A stretch of DNA of 63,706 bases, the filler included, from Conidiobolus incongruus B7586 (lineage: Eukaryota): assembly GCA_000697335.1 (NCBI GenBank). It is 8 parts of 8 records of this genome, joined end to end, with 100 filler letters (N's around TTAATTAATTAA, not from the genome) between each part and the next. Parts side by side here need not be neighbours in the genome. Positions count along the whole stretch, not along the records: positions 22,387 to 37,573 come from JNEM01006059.1; positions 37,674 to 46,387 come from JNEM01006061.1; positions 46,488 to 60,019 come from JNEM01006064.1; 5 more parts are not named here. One strand, given 5' to 3'. This document shows, in pieces, positions 37,170-50,995 of this stretch. Position 1 is the stretch's first letter; each line of letters starts with the position of its first letter. Both the position numbers and the translations under genes were made by a program. Under the pieces are notes generated by a model. The model had not been told where the DNA came from. It did no database searches and saw only the letters and a program-made list of their open reading frames with translations.

Positions 37170-37709
37170 TATACATTATAAATGGTTAATTATTGGAAAT
37201 TTGGTATATTTATATTGAGCATATCATTAAATTCAATACTCATAATCATTATCATATTCAAATACATATTATTAATTCTCTGTATACAGTATTAATTCCA
37301 AAATATTTACTTCATTAAAAATTTTTCAAAATTAACTTCAATTTACATAGGATTTTTTTATTTAAATTTTAATTATTATCAAAACAAGTTTAATATACCA
37401 TTTGTCAAATGTATTAAATCAAAAATTTGAGAATTTTTTCTTGATTTATTTATTTAAAAAGAAATGGCAAATTTTTTGATTTCTGATTTTTCAACTATAT
37501 TATTAGTTTACAAAAATAAATTATATATATTTTATATATTTATATATATATATATATATATTGAATTATTAATNNNNNNNNNNNNNNNNNNNNNNNNNNN
37601 NNNNNNNNNNNNNNNNNTTAATTAATTAANNNNNNNNNNNNNNNNNNNNNNNNNNNNNNNNNNNNNNNNNNNNATATTTATATTAATTATATTAATTATA
37701 TTAATTATA

Positions 37710-38406
37710 TTTAAAAGTAAAATACTAAATTAATTATTATTTAGGGACATATATTACCTTTAAGTAAAAAATATGTTTGTTAAATTAATAAGGGAATATA
37801 TATTAAGATAAATTAAAGTATTTTAAATAATAAGTTAAAAAAAAAACTATTTAATCATATAAGTTCAATATATTTAATATTATTTTCTAATAAAATAATA
37901 ACTTTTATTATATTATACATTTTAATACCTAATAGTTTAATAATAATAGAATAAAATTTATAAAATAATTTATTTAATTTTTTAACCTTAATTTAATTTT
38001 ATATTTTTAGGATTAATAAAAAAAATTATTAAAACTTTTTTTTTAATAAAAAATTTAACTTAGCTTTAAAAATATCTTTAAGAAGTATAAAACAAGAGTA
38101 AACTTTTTTAATATAAAAAGTTAATTAATTTTATACTTTATATATATAAACAAATTTAAAAAATTAAAGATAGATATATTAAGTTTAAATTTTTTTTATT
38201 ATCAAAAACCTATTAATTTATAACTTAAGTTTAAAAAAATATTTTATCTAATTAATGATTAAATATTAATATTTAATGACTTATATTATTAATAATTATA
38301 TATAAATTAAATTATTAAATTTAGGTTTATTTTATTAAGTATTGATTAAGGTATCAGTAAAAATATAGATGTTTTTGATTTTATAACTTATTTTTATAGG
38401 TTAGTA
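37710..38406 (+). mobile_element. Tc1-like DNA transposon relic, 3' half with right terminal inverted repeat
   Basis: Colinear with 45870-46387. The reverse complement of 38340-38406 matches 44995-45060. Followed by TA. Confidence 0.75.
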
Positions 38407-38998
38407 TACTTAAATTTTATTATTTAATTTGAAATTTATTTGAAATGGAAAAATAAAATAAAAAAATCTATCCAACTCATTTGTATACCATATTTGATAT
38501 TATATTGCAAATTGCTGGAAAGTACCTTTATAATATAGATCAAGTAGATTAGATAAAACAGGCTGAAATTAACCAAAGACACACTTTAAATGGTTTTATA
38601 AAAATATTAATTTATAAGGATTAGACCTGATCAAAGTGATGTCAGAGCAAAAATATACTTAGTAGTGATTTTATAATATTACCAGTTCTTTCAATAATAT
38701 GTTAAATCACTTATTATAGTTGTTCTTCCAGTTTGACATTATATAAGGATTCTGAATGTTACTAGTTTATGAATTATATTGGAAATGATGAGAGATCAAG
38801 TCAAATGACGAGCAGACCTCCCAATTGGTGAAATTAAAGCAATATAAACATATCTCATGAATTATATCTTGATATAAAATTATTATTAGGATTCATAAAG
38901 AAATGTAATTTTAATAATAGTGTTTATTATATAAATTAAAAAGAGCACTTCATAGTGTATATACTGATAGATCTTTCAAGGCATCAGATTTAATATAT

Positions 38999-39309
38999 TA
39001 ATATAACTTGGGAAAGTTGTGTTTGGATTAGATAGGTAAATGAGAGAGATCTAGGGAGATAAGGGTTTATTGGTTTTAAACAAATAGCTGGGAGTACCCA
39101 GATCGAACTCGTCTCTTGAAAATAGTCCTAATTCAGAGTTTTATTTAGAGTGAATTAGGTAAAGTAGTTTATGAGATTCACCAATGACTTGCATCATCAG
39201 CCAATTAAAAGATAGAGCTGAAGCAGCTGATATGAGAGGGAAGAAATGACTTTTATATTAGGTCAGTGTATGCAAATTTGATATGAGATGAGTCACCTGA
39301 CTCGTAATA
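38999..39309 (-). mobile_element. Solo LTR (family A, copy 2), 311 bp, TSD ATAT
   Basis: Reverse complement aligns to 41184-41494. ATAT at 38995-38998 and 39310-39313. Confidence 0.82.
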
Positions 39310-39630
39310 ATATCAAATATATAATCAATTAATAAATAAATAAATATAATATATATAAATCCTGTTTTTGAATTTCCATATCCTACTTCGAAAATTGAAA
39401 AGTTGAGGTATATTATTAACTTAAAGATATTAGTATATCAAGTGTTGTTCTGTTTATAGTCACATGAATAATCCCAAAATATTTTAATTATAAATTAACA
39501 ATATATAACAAATATGAGAAATGGGATTAAAATTATAATTGAATCAAATTGGTACTTGAAAAAAATTTCTCTTTCTAATATAAATTAAAATAAATTCCAA
39601 GATATAATAAACAGTTCTAAATTATTCACT

Positions 39631-41164
39631 ATGCCACGATTCCCCAATTATAACGAGTATACTCAATATGAGAACCGACTGCTACAATCACGTAATTTTC
39701 AGCTCCAGGAAAAGTTATTCACTAATTTTTTAGTTCGACTGCTGCGCCAGTACCCCAAGTTATGGATTCATATTACCGATATAGAGAGAATTATAGCAAA
39801 AATTCCAAAATTTAGAGATTGGCAAGATGTTGATTTGATGAAATTTTTTCATGACAAACGCTATCCTGAGCATTTCGCCTTTGGATTCATGGATAGTGGA
39901 AATAGTAAGAGCGATTTTGTAGTACAGTTGTTACAGCCTAGTTCTTTTGATTTTGAGGTAAAAACTATGGATTTTAATCATTATATAAAATTTGGAAAAT
40001 TAGATAATATTTGGCAGGTAAATTATTATTTATGAATAATAAATTAATTCAACTAACAAATTAGATTGGCAGACATTTAAATTAAACAATACAGATTATA
40101 TTAGAGCAGAATATGTCAAAAATATAATTCAAGATGTAATTGATCGATCATTTAACAATTATTGCACACTAGAGAGCCATGGAAGCATTCCAATCAGATT
40201 GGGCACGTATGATAGTGATATTGATCTTTTGGTAAGGTTTCATAAAGAAATAAGCATACCCAAGATGGAAAAATTCTTCGCAACGATTAAACCCATTTTA
40301 ACCAATAACGGATTCGAATTCTTGGCAAATTGGAAGAGCGTCATAGGTACTCCTATCATGAAGCTATATCATTACCAATCTGAGTTTAGTATTGATATTG
40401 GTGTTTGGTGTCCCATACTAAGATCGAAAACCAATCTGATAAATGCTTATTGTAAATTAGATCTTGAGATTAGGAAGGCTGTTCAACTGATCAAAATTTG
40501 GGCAAATCGCAGACAACTGGATAACCCCGGTAAAACCCAAGTAGTTAGTTCTTATTGTCATGTCATCATGTTTATTACTTATCTTATAATCATTGAAGCG
40601 GTGCCCAATCTCAGAACCATACATCCTCGAGTCAAATTCTGGTATGGTGATACTATTAATTACAAGCCCATCATTTTTCCCGAAACAAGTGCTGATACCG
40701 ACAACCAGTTGAGTGAGTTTTGCACTATAACACAGGCTGGACACGAGATTTTCCTCCCAGTTTACTTCCACAATCGGTTAACCTTCCAAATAAGTCAAAA
40801 TTGGGATATTCAAAGGGTCATTAAGAGCTACTTCTACTTCATGGGTTTTGTATTTGACTACCGTAATTGGGAGTTGAGCTTATATCATGGTAACGTCATT
40901 AGATCACCTTCATCCATTGATCAAATTGACAATAATACCAAACTGTTGCGCGTCCATCATCCTTTCAACCCCAGTCAGATAGAATCCAAAGCTGCAAAAC
41001 CATGGTGTGTTGATGGGCTTAAGTGGGAATTTATGCGAGGTTTTCACCTACTCCATCGTGGTGACATCAACGAACTATTCCATGAAGCTACACCTCCAAC
41101 CGTTGAGGAAGCAGTGAAATATAATATGTACGCTCACGTAAGACGATGGGAGCATTATTCATAA
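39631..41164 (+). CDS. Cid1/TUTase-family non-canonical RNA nucleotidyltransferase (exons 39631-40017, 40073-41164)
   Basis: HGSIPIRLGTYDSDIDL (hGS...DxD), SIDIG (third Asp), LIKIWANRRQL, SSYCHVIMFITYL, PAP-associated region FYFMGFVFDY...VHHPF. Confidence 0.85.
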
Positions 41165-41183
41165 CAATTTCTTATAAAACTAT

Positions 41184-41494
41184 TGTAACGAGTCAGTTGA
41201 CTCTATTCGACCTAATTATACTTACCTCAACCTAATGTTAAAGTCATTTCCTCCCTCTCATATCAGCTGCTTCAGCTCTATCTTTTAATTGGCCGATGGT
41301 GCAAGTCATTGGAGAATCGCTCAAATCATCTTACCCAATCCACTCTATATTAAACCCTGAATTAGGTCTATTTTCGAGAGACGAGTTCGATCTGGGTACT
41401 CCCAGCTATTTATCTTAAACCAATAAACCCTATATCCATAGATCTCTCCCATTTACCTAAACTAATCTAGATATGGTTTTCCGAAGACATGATA
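41184..41494 (+). mobile_element. Solo LTR (family A, copy 3), 311 bp, TSD CTAT
   Basis: TGTAACG...CATGATA. CTAT at 41180-41183 and 41495-41498. AATAAA at 41422-41427. Confidence 0.87.
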
Positions 41495-43758
41495 CTATCA
41501 ATCAAAAAATTTTTTAAACTGATCTTAATGTAAATCTTTGATGAAAATAATATTACTTAAGTGTAAATTTTACAAATTTTTTTATCAATCATAATATGCA
41601 AATTGTACAAATTAATGTTTGAAAAAAAACAATATTAACAATTGATATATTTCCATTCCAATATTTTTCAAAATTTATTAAAACTGAACTATTGTGCTAA
41701 GAGACTAAAGCTCTAAGTTCTTGATACATATCGTCTGATATGTTTATTATTCAACATCTTTGGATTAACTATGATCAATATCACCTAAATCCTGTTTTAG
41801 TAAAATCAATTGCCTAAATGATTACAAATAGAGTAATAAACATGCTTCCACTTCTTCCTGTCTTATAATTAACTAATTGATTGGTTAATTCTCTTAGTTA
41901 ATATCTAATTCATTAATTATTGACTATTCCTATCAATTGCTAATTATATTTGGTACTATTTACTATCTTGAACCATCTGTAATCATTTGTTGAATTTAAC
42001 TTACAGTTAATTGGAATTAAAATTACTTTCTATTTTAAGATCTCCCTTTGCACTATAACTATCCCTTGTTTGAAGGACTATTAACTTTTATTACTTACAC
42101 ATTGTATTTTTTTTGACTACTGGTGATCAAACTGAGAACATATGGTCATTCTTGTTTTTCCAATATTTCAATATTTTAAATTCAATTAAAGATGATTATA
42201 AATAGAATTAAAATAATATCGAATACTCCTATTATAGTGTGAAATATAACTTAAATAAATTATAAATATTAATTAATTCATTGTATTGACTAATATATAG
42301 TTAAGATTAATAACTATAAGTTCAATCAATTCAATTTCAACTCAAGTTTAGTATTGTATTGTATCTATAAACTAATATATATTTCAGAAAATAATAAAAT
42401 TATAATTAGTTTAAAGTGATATTAAGAGAAAGAAATAAGGTTCGAAAAATATATTTCATAACTTTATTTAGTAAATATAAAGCATAAAACTTTCATATAT
42501 TAGTCTGTTAGGAAATATAGCATAAGAAATTACTAATATGAGTAAAAGTCAAGTTATAACATAAATTGATTATAAGGCTATGTGACTTCAATTAAATCAA
42601 TTCCTTTTGTTGAAACTGATCATTTATCTCATAAAATAATTATATAATCCTTAAATTATGAATGTATAATACCAATTTTATATTCTTGAGTAATTGATTA
42701 AGATGGTTTAGTAATAAAATAAACACCAATATCTTCACAATAACTATTGAACTCAAATTGTAACGATAATTAAGATTATAAACTTGATTCATTTGCTCTG
42801 TTTTTTTTTCTTGAAAGGCAACAATAACGCAAAATTACTGCTCAATAGTATTGAGTATAAATAAAAATTTAATAGTGAATTTATGTTATATTTTAGAATA
42901 GAATAATATTAAATTCTAGGATTTGTAATTATTATGTTTTTGAAAGGTAATTATTCTTTATCTTCTAATCAATGTCAATAAGCTTAAAACTTATTGTTTT
43001 CATTAATAAACGGAAACATCTTTTAGTCGATTATAATTGTATCGACACCAATATTGATAATAGCGATAATAGAATTGAATTAAAAAGATTGTGTGTGGAT
43101 TTTTTAATTAATTTAAGATATAGTTGTAATAGAGTTGTGATCATAAAAAAAGTTATATTCTTGATTTTATTATAATGAAGAATATATGTTATTTGAGCCA
43201 AATTAATAACTTAGCTATTGTCATAGTTCTTAATATTAAGATTTTTTTTTGGATTTTTGTCAAGATGATATTACAAATCAAAAATTTGATATTAATCAAT
43301 AATTTATAATGATGATGTCATATCTATTGAATATAGCCCTAATTCAAAAATCAGCCATATAAAAATAATATATAGAGGGTTGATTATATTTCATATCAGC
43401 TTAAAATTAATATCTTAATTGACTTAAATAATTAATTGATTATATATAGAACAAATATATAAAGAAATCATGAAATTTTAAAAACATGACAAATTCATAC
43501 TAAGTGGGACAAGGTCTAAGTCTAGCCATAAAAAGATTTAAATTAAACGCAACAACTGGAAAAATTCAGAGAAACTTCTATTAATCTTCCCTATTTTTGA
43601 CAAACACAATACTTATACTCTATTCAATACTGAACTCTTTAATATTCAGTCTTATTCGAATCCTGAAAATGTTTCAATTGGCTCTTTGATATTATATTCG
43701 ATTATGAATACGAATTTATGAACTCTAGAATGGATAATTGGGTAGCTAATATTATTTA

Positions 43759-44497
43759 ATGGTTACAAAGTGCACCTCTGAGTGCATTATTTCTAATAAG
43801 GTTCATAAACCCTTATCTTCTCAACAATATTCTTTAATGAGTTTGACCTCAGTAAATGAACAATTTGCCTCCAACTTGGAAACGTATCAATACTATTTGC
43901 AGTATTGGAAAGAGTTGAGATTGACTTTTTCTAGAATTTTAAAAGATTTGTTAGGTTTGCTATGATAAGTGTTTTGAGTCAGTTGTCGGTGGTGAGGTGG
44001 TTGGCTATTCCAGTTGCGAGTGTTAATTTGTTATCTCAAATATTTGGATGTCCTATTGCTATTACTTTGGCTTCAATGCCAATATTAATACATAGCACAA
44101 AACCTTGTATTCTACACCTATTAAAGCCCTATTAAGGGATTAAGGCCCTGAGTCGTGGATTATTAAACCCTACCTGGGTTGTATTGCTTTTCGATTTTGT
44201 GACAAACGCAAGTTCTTTAGGGAACACGAAAGTTATTTATTTGGATTCAGTTTATTATTTTATATACTGATTAATATGACATTCGTAGGACCAATCTTTT
44301 TCTTGATTGCTCAAAATGCCATGGTTGTATTGTTAAGTGAGACTATAGAAATCTCCACAAAATCTCAGTACATCTGATGAGAATATGAAAACAGATATAT
44401 CTGAGACTGCTTTAGATTAATCAGCGCCTTCCAAACCATTTAGTGAGCCAGTTGCATAATTGAATATATAGTCAAAGATGCCCAATTTTTATTATAA
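43759..44497 (+). pseudogene. Possible decayed gene of unknown family
   Basis: Locally higher GC. Codon-like frame (VCYDKCFESVVGGEVVGYSSCEC*...GPESWIIKPYLGCIAFRFCDKRKFFREHE) with scattered stops and an intron-like GT..AG at ~44232-44288. Confidence 0.3.
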
Positions 44498-44994
44498 ATT
44501 CTTTTTAACTATTGAGTAATATTGATAATTCATCTTTATTTTTGATAATACCATATTATTAAAAGAATGGGAAATTGTTAAATTTCAGATTTTTCAATCA
44601 TATAACATTTTTGTAAAAATAATATATAAAAAATAAAAAATATATATATAGTTTTAGTCTATTTATATTAAAATAGATTATTTTTTATTTTAAGTCATAT
44701 TTTAAATAATTATTAATAAAATGATCTATATTTAATTTTAATTATAATTAAGAGTATTTTTTGATTTCAAGAATTTATAACTTAACTATAAAGTATATAA
44801 AGCTATTTTAAACTTAAAAACTATTTTTAAAGATTATGTTTTATTTAAAACAACTATTTATTAAACAATATCAAAAAAATAGGAAATTTTTTAATTTCTA
44901 ACTTTTCAAGCTTATTATTAATTTTATTTAAAAATATATATAAAGTAAATAAGAAAATATATAGTTTTGAGTTATATATATATATATATATATA

Positions 44995-46387
44995 TATTAA
45001 CCTACAAATTAAGTCATAAAATCAAAAATATATATATTTTATTTAATAACTAAAACAATTGTATATATTAGATTATTTAAAATTATAATATATAATTAAA
45101 GTATATTATTTGATAATAAATAAATATATTTAGGTATATTTAATAAACTATTAGCAAAAATATTAACCTTTAATATTTAATTGAAATAAATTATAAATTT
45201 GCAAGTATTTAAGATAAAGGGATATATTTAACAATATATAACCATATCTTTTTTCTCTCCTTGTTATTATTTATTATAATATTTTATAGATATATTAAAT
45301 TTTTCTATTAGTATTATAATATTTAAATCCCTCTCTAAAAAGATTTACTTGTATATTAATTAACTATATAAAAAAATAAATCAACTTATAATATTATTAA
45401 AATTACTAGTGTTAGCTAGTCTATTATAATTAAAGTTATTAAGAATAACAATAAAAACACACTTAAACTTAAACTTAAGGATGATAAAATCATAAATAAA
45501 TATAATAAAAAATATATCTATAGGTTAATTAATATAGGTAATTATAATATTATTATAGAAATATAGCAACAACTATAATGCTATATAAGAATATTAGTTA
45601 GCACTAATACTATTATATATACTTTATATTAACATAGATATTACTTATATCTTAAGAAAAAATACCTTTAATTAAAGAAATCCCATTATAAAACTAGATG
45701 GGAGTTTAAATATTGTTTTTAATATTAAACTAAAAATAATTAAAGTAAAGTCATTTAATTTAATAAAAAAAAAAATGTATTTTAGTAAATTAAATAAAAA
45801 AGTTAAATATTTTAAAATAAATATAAATCTATTTTATAACTATAGTATTAATTTTATCTAAAAATATAATGATAAGTTAATTATTATTTGGAGATATATG
45901 TTATCTTTAGGTGTAAAGTATTTTTATAAATTTAATAAGGGAATTAATATTGAAATATATTAAAATATTCTAAATAATAAATTAAAAAAAACTATTGAAT
46001 AATATAGGTTAAATAAATCTATTGTTATTTTTTAGCAATATAATATATTTTATTATATTATAGCTTTTATTATTAAATAGCTTAAAAATAACAAGATAAT
46101 AATTATAAAATAGCTTTTTTGATTTTTTAATCTTAATTAAATATTTTTAAGATTAGTTAAAAAAAGGTATTAAAGTTTTCCCCCTAATAAAAAATTTAGA
46201 TTAATTTTAAAAATATGTTTAAGAAGTATAGAATAAGATTAACTCTATTTAATATAAGAAGTTAATTGATTCTATATCTTATAAACTTAAAGAAGTTAAA
46301 AAAGCTAATAATAGATACACTAGGTTTTAATTTTTCTTATCACCAAAAACCTACAAATTTATAACTTATTTTAAATAAAATTTAAAA
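44995..46387 (+). mobile_element. Tc1-like (DD34E-type) transposon relic with left TIR; transposase ~45240-46330
   Basis: Manual translation KYNDKLIIIWRYM (KHGGGSIMIWGCM-like), VIF*QYN (FQQDN), *LF*FFNLN*I (WPSQSPDLNPI), LIDSISYKL..VKKANNRYTRF*. Inserted next to a TA run. Confidence 0.8.
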
Positions 46388-46487
46388 NNNNNNNNNNNNN
46401 NNNNNNNNNNNNNNNNNNNNNNNNNNNNNNNTTAATTAATTAANNNNNNNNNNNNNNNNNNNNNNNNNNNNNNNNNNNNNNNNNNNN

Positions 46488-47784
46488 TTTTATTAACACT
46501 TTTATGCTTACCTTCAGAAGCTTTTGCACTCCATTGATTTTGTTAACAAAACTGATAAATAGATTTCAACTTGGTAATCAATCCGTTTTAAGAGATCGAA
46601 CGAATCAAACTTTATCTCAAGACGAAGTTCACACAATTCAGATGAAAGTATGTACCGTTTTTATGCTTTGGCTGGAGACGTTTTTCTTTGAAGATCAAGA
46701 TATGGTGATTTTGGATCCACTAGGTAAATTTTGCCCAGAGTTGATTCGATGGAACTTCAAATGGGAGGAGAGCAAGATTATGACATTAATTAAGGATAAG
46801 ATATGCAAGCTATTCATTAGCCAGAATAATTCGAATTTCATGGCACCTGATAATTATCATCAAGACAATGACAGTACTGCTGCAAATTGTATCTTTTTTA
46901 CTCCCCCTCCATTGATATCTTCGTCTACCCCTCCACAGCCAATTTTAACAAAATCTTTATTACTACGATTAATCGATGAATCAAATAGCTCTTTAAGCAT
47001 ATTGGAACTAGATCCAGTGGAAGTTGCTAGACAATTGACAATACTCGAATGCAAGAACTTTTGCAAAATTAAGCCTTTTGACTTATTTGGCAGAGACTTT
47101 ACGAAAAGTAAGCTGAATCAAGGGTCCAGCTGTCAATCAATCAAATTAATGTCACAAACTTCAACTAATGTAACCAATATGGTTATAAGACATATTCTTA
47201 GCGATGTGCAGCCTAAGTTGAGAGCTAAAACCCTGAAGTTTTATATCAAGCTAGCCGATGAATGCTGTAATTTAAGAAATTACAACACTTTAATGGCCAT
47301 TGTCTGCGGGTTAAACAGTACTCCAATTGCAAGACTAAAGAAGACATGGAAACTTCTAAATCAAAAGTATCATTCGATATTTGATAATTTGAAGACTCTG
47401 ACCGATACCAATCGAAATTATTTTACCTATCGAAATCTGGTTAAAAGCTCTCCTACTCCTTGTCTACCTTTTCTTGGTCTCTATTTAACGGATCTAACGT
47501 TTACAGATGATGGCAATCCAGCATTCAAACCACATCCAATGGAACAAATGGATCATAACAGATCAAAAATGGTGAACTTTAGCAAATGCATAAAAACATT
47601 CAACCTTATAAAAGAAATCCTTCGCTTCCAAACCCCGTATAATTTGATTGAAGTAATGGAAATTCAAGAACTACTTCAAGATGAGTTGGATATAAATAAA
47701 TGCAGAAGGGGACTGGGAAGTAATGATATTGATTTTCTATATCATAAATCATTGAGACTAGAGCCCAAAAACTTGAATATTTAA
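46488..47784 (+). CDS. Ras guanine-nucleotide exchange factor (CDC25-like), REM plus RasGEF part, 5' truncated
   Basis: FMLTFRSF, LDPVEVARQLT, LRNYNTLMAIVCGLNSTPIARLKKTW, PCLPFLGLYLTDLTFTDDGNP. Confidence 0.93.
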
Positions 47785-48866
47785 ATAATAAACAAATAAT
47801 CCAATACTGCTAATTTATAGCCTACAAAATATACACTACTGTATTTAATAAATGTACTATTACAACATATTATTTTATATAATGATTCCAAATATCATAT
47901 TTCTCACTTTGGAAATCAAAGATATTTGAATTAAATATTTCATTCATCACTATATGAAAATTTTGGTATTTTTATCAAGTACATGAGATAATTATTGCAA
48001 TACTCATATTTTATAAATGACACTAAACTAATAAAAATTTTATGTTTATCTTAATAAATAAAAAATCAAACATTGCGATATTAATCAGTTGTCAAATGAA
48101 ATATTACTAGAATATTCTATATAAAATATAATGAAATAAAGCATTTATGATAATACTAAAATGATTAAAGCAATAGATAAAAAGAATATCCATTAAGAAA
48201 AAAGCAAGATAATACTTTTATGAACTTGATATGGACATATTTATACAAATATCTTGTTAAAAATTTAAAAACTATATTTAAATTAAAAAATCCAAAAATT
48301 TTCATATTTGCAAAAGATCAATAATGGAATTAGAATCATTATTAAAATGAAAAATTTATATGGATCCAAGATGATATGGCGAAGAATTAAAAATCATTAA
48401 TACACAATACCACAATATAGAGATAATTAAATAATCTGTTATTTACAAAACTTGATGGATCATAATTCCAATAAATTATCAATAGTTTTAAAAGCATAAA
48501 TAATATATTAAAATACAATTTGAATGAAACAAATATATTTCTATTTTGATATTCGCTGAATACATTCATCAAATTTCGACAAATAATAATCAAAAATATA
48601 TTCAACTTGACAACTCTTTTTCCTTGATCAAATTACATTTATTTTTAAAAAAATATAATTTTAATATACTCAAGGTTAATGAACTATTCAAATTAATTCA
48701 AATCAAAAAATATTAACAAATCTTAAATTGATTGGCTGAACTCTTTATCAGTAACTCACTACTATTTGCCTAATATGGAAAAAACTGATATCATCATTGG
48801 GACGAAAATTACAAAACGTTGCAATAGATTCTAAACATTTCCAATCTTTTACACAATAAAAATATA

Positions 48867-50242
48867 ATGGACAATAACTTGACTAAAAAATCTAAACCGA
48901 CAGCAGAGCAATCAGATTCTGAAAAAAACTCTCAAACTGAGCTAGTATATAATAACAATGAAAGAATATTGTGCTATCACGGACCATTACTATACGAGGC
49001 TAAAGTAAAAAAATGATAAATATTTTTACTTTCCTATACTGCTCCTCATAAATTTTTCTAGATTTTAGAAAAGAGAGACTTTACTGGTTCCGATTCCGAA
49101 GATTCAGTTCTTATTCAACCTGACAATTCAGACGAAGAAGAAACAAAACCTATTGGAACCCATTATTTTGTACACTATAAAGGGTGGAAACATACGTAAG
49201 TGTATCATATTATCAAATTTAAAGCATTTAAACCAAACATTTGATTTAGCTGGGATGAATGGGTTCCTCAAAGTAGAATAATTAAATGGAATGAAGAAGG
49301 ATTAGCTAAACAAAAGGAATTGAAAGAAGGATTAGGATTAAGACAAAAGGGTAAAACCAGCTCTGAAACTCAAACTACAAAAAGATCTACGATGACGTCA
49401 ACTCGAGCGGGTGAAATCAAAGTAAATACTTATCATCAATATTTTATGCTAAATTAACAAAGCATTCACAGAGGAGGAAAGATTCTAACAAAACCCCCGA
49501 ACCTCTTACCAACACTAAGCAAACTAATCTTCAACCAATGGAATCTAAAACTACTCCTCCTAAGCCAGATCCGGGATTTTGCTTTGAGCTTGGAGATAAT
49601 CTCAAAACCTTATTAGCTAATCAATGGGAAGCAATTACCGTGGATCACAAAGTAATACTTTTATAAATATTGCTTAGTAAACTAATAGCCATTAATATTT
49701 TATCACTTTTATAGTTAACGAAATTACCAAAGAGTCCCAATGTTAAGCAAATTCTGAACAATTACCAACAAGAATTTAATAAAAATCAAACAGAATCCGA
49801 TAAACAGTAAGCCTCTAAGATTATATCATCATTTATAACTTTACTAATGTTCTAGATATCCTATAGATTATGTGAACGAAATGGTCGAAGGAATATACTT
49901 ATACTTTGACAAACTATTAAACGTCCTACTATTATACCCTCAAGAGAGAGAACAATATGAAAAACTTATTAAAGAAAATAGCTCCCTTGAAGTAGGACAG
50001 CTTTATGGAGGAGACCATCTATTAAGATTATTTTTAGAACTTCCTTCATTATTAAATCAATGCAATATTGAACCTGAGTATTTGGAAAACATCAAAAAAC
50101 TGATTCAAGAGTAATAAGGTAATTGCTTGCTATAATATTATTAATCATAACTCACAATATCCTCAGATACCTCGAAAACCATAAGGATGAATATTTTTCT
50201 GAAGATTGGATAGATGCTGGTGAACTAAAATCATCTAATTAA
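48867..50242 (+). CDS. EAF3: MRG-family chromodomain protein Eaf3/MRG15, multi-exon
   Basis: ILCYHGPLLYEAK, YFVHYKGWKH..WDEWVP, YFDKLLNVLLLYPQEREQY, LYGGDHLLRLFLELP. Short GT-AG introns. Confidence 0.9.
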
Positions 50243-50995
50243 TAGTATTGCGCGAAAATTAATTGGAAAGAATCATTTTAATTTATATTGCACTGAATAT
50301 TATATTTACATTTGTTTTATTGAAACTAAACTAAAATTACATCATTTTTCAAATAAACATTATAGCAACATTAATTCATTTGAAATTTATTGGAAAATTG
50401 TGAAGTATTTTAAAACATATATCTAAACAACTTAAAACAAATCCAGCAGTTATCTAATAAATTAATCAAAAATTGGAAAATATAGGGAACTATTATCTTG
50501 AATCAAATTACTCAATATATAATATAAGATAAAATTTAAATATACCCTCATTATTAGATTTTTGAGATTATAATAAACAATATCAGATATGATTTTCTGA
50601 ACAATTATCAATACTATCACTTAAACCAATATTGTCATTAATAAACCCATATAAAAATTGATTATATTCCTCTTAAAATATTTTATTAATTTAATAAGAA
50701 AATTCTCAGTTTCGTTTTCATATATTTATACTATATATCGAAATACGAAATACCAACCATGATAGTATTTCAAAAAATAATGTTAAAATAAATTTATAAT
50801 TATTCATAAATAATTAAAATAATAATATAATTTTTGAATACAGTTTATTTTATAAAAAATAATAAAGATAGCGAAACAAAATCATAAATAATAGTAACAA
50901 CAGTGTGATATATAGAAGTATTATTTATACAGGTAACCAATCTAAAGAAATAATATTTCAAAAATAAAGTCGATTTAGTTGAATTATTTGATTAA

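Noticed and set aside
38999..41494. A single composite transposon with 311-bp TIRs carrying the nucleotidyltransferase
   Set aside because: Each repeat has its own TSD (ATAT, CTAT), the outer flanks differ, and a third standalone copy exists at 17-351.
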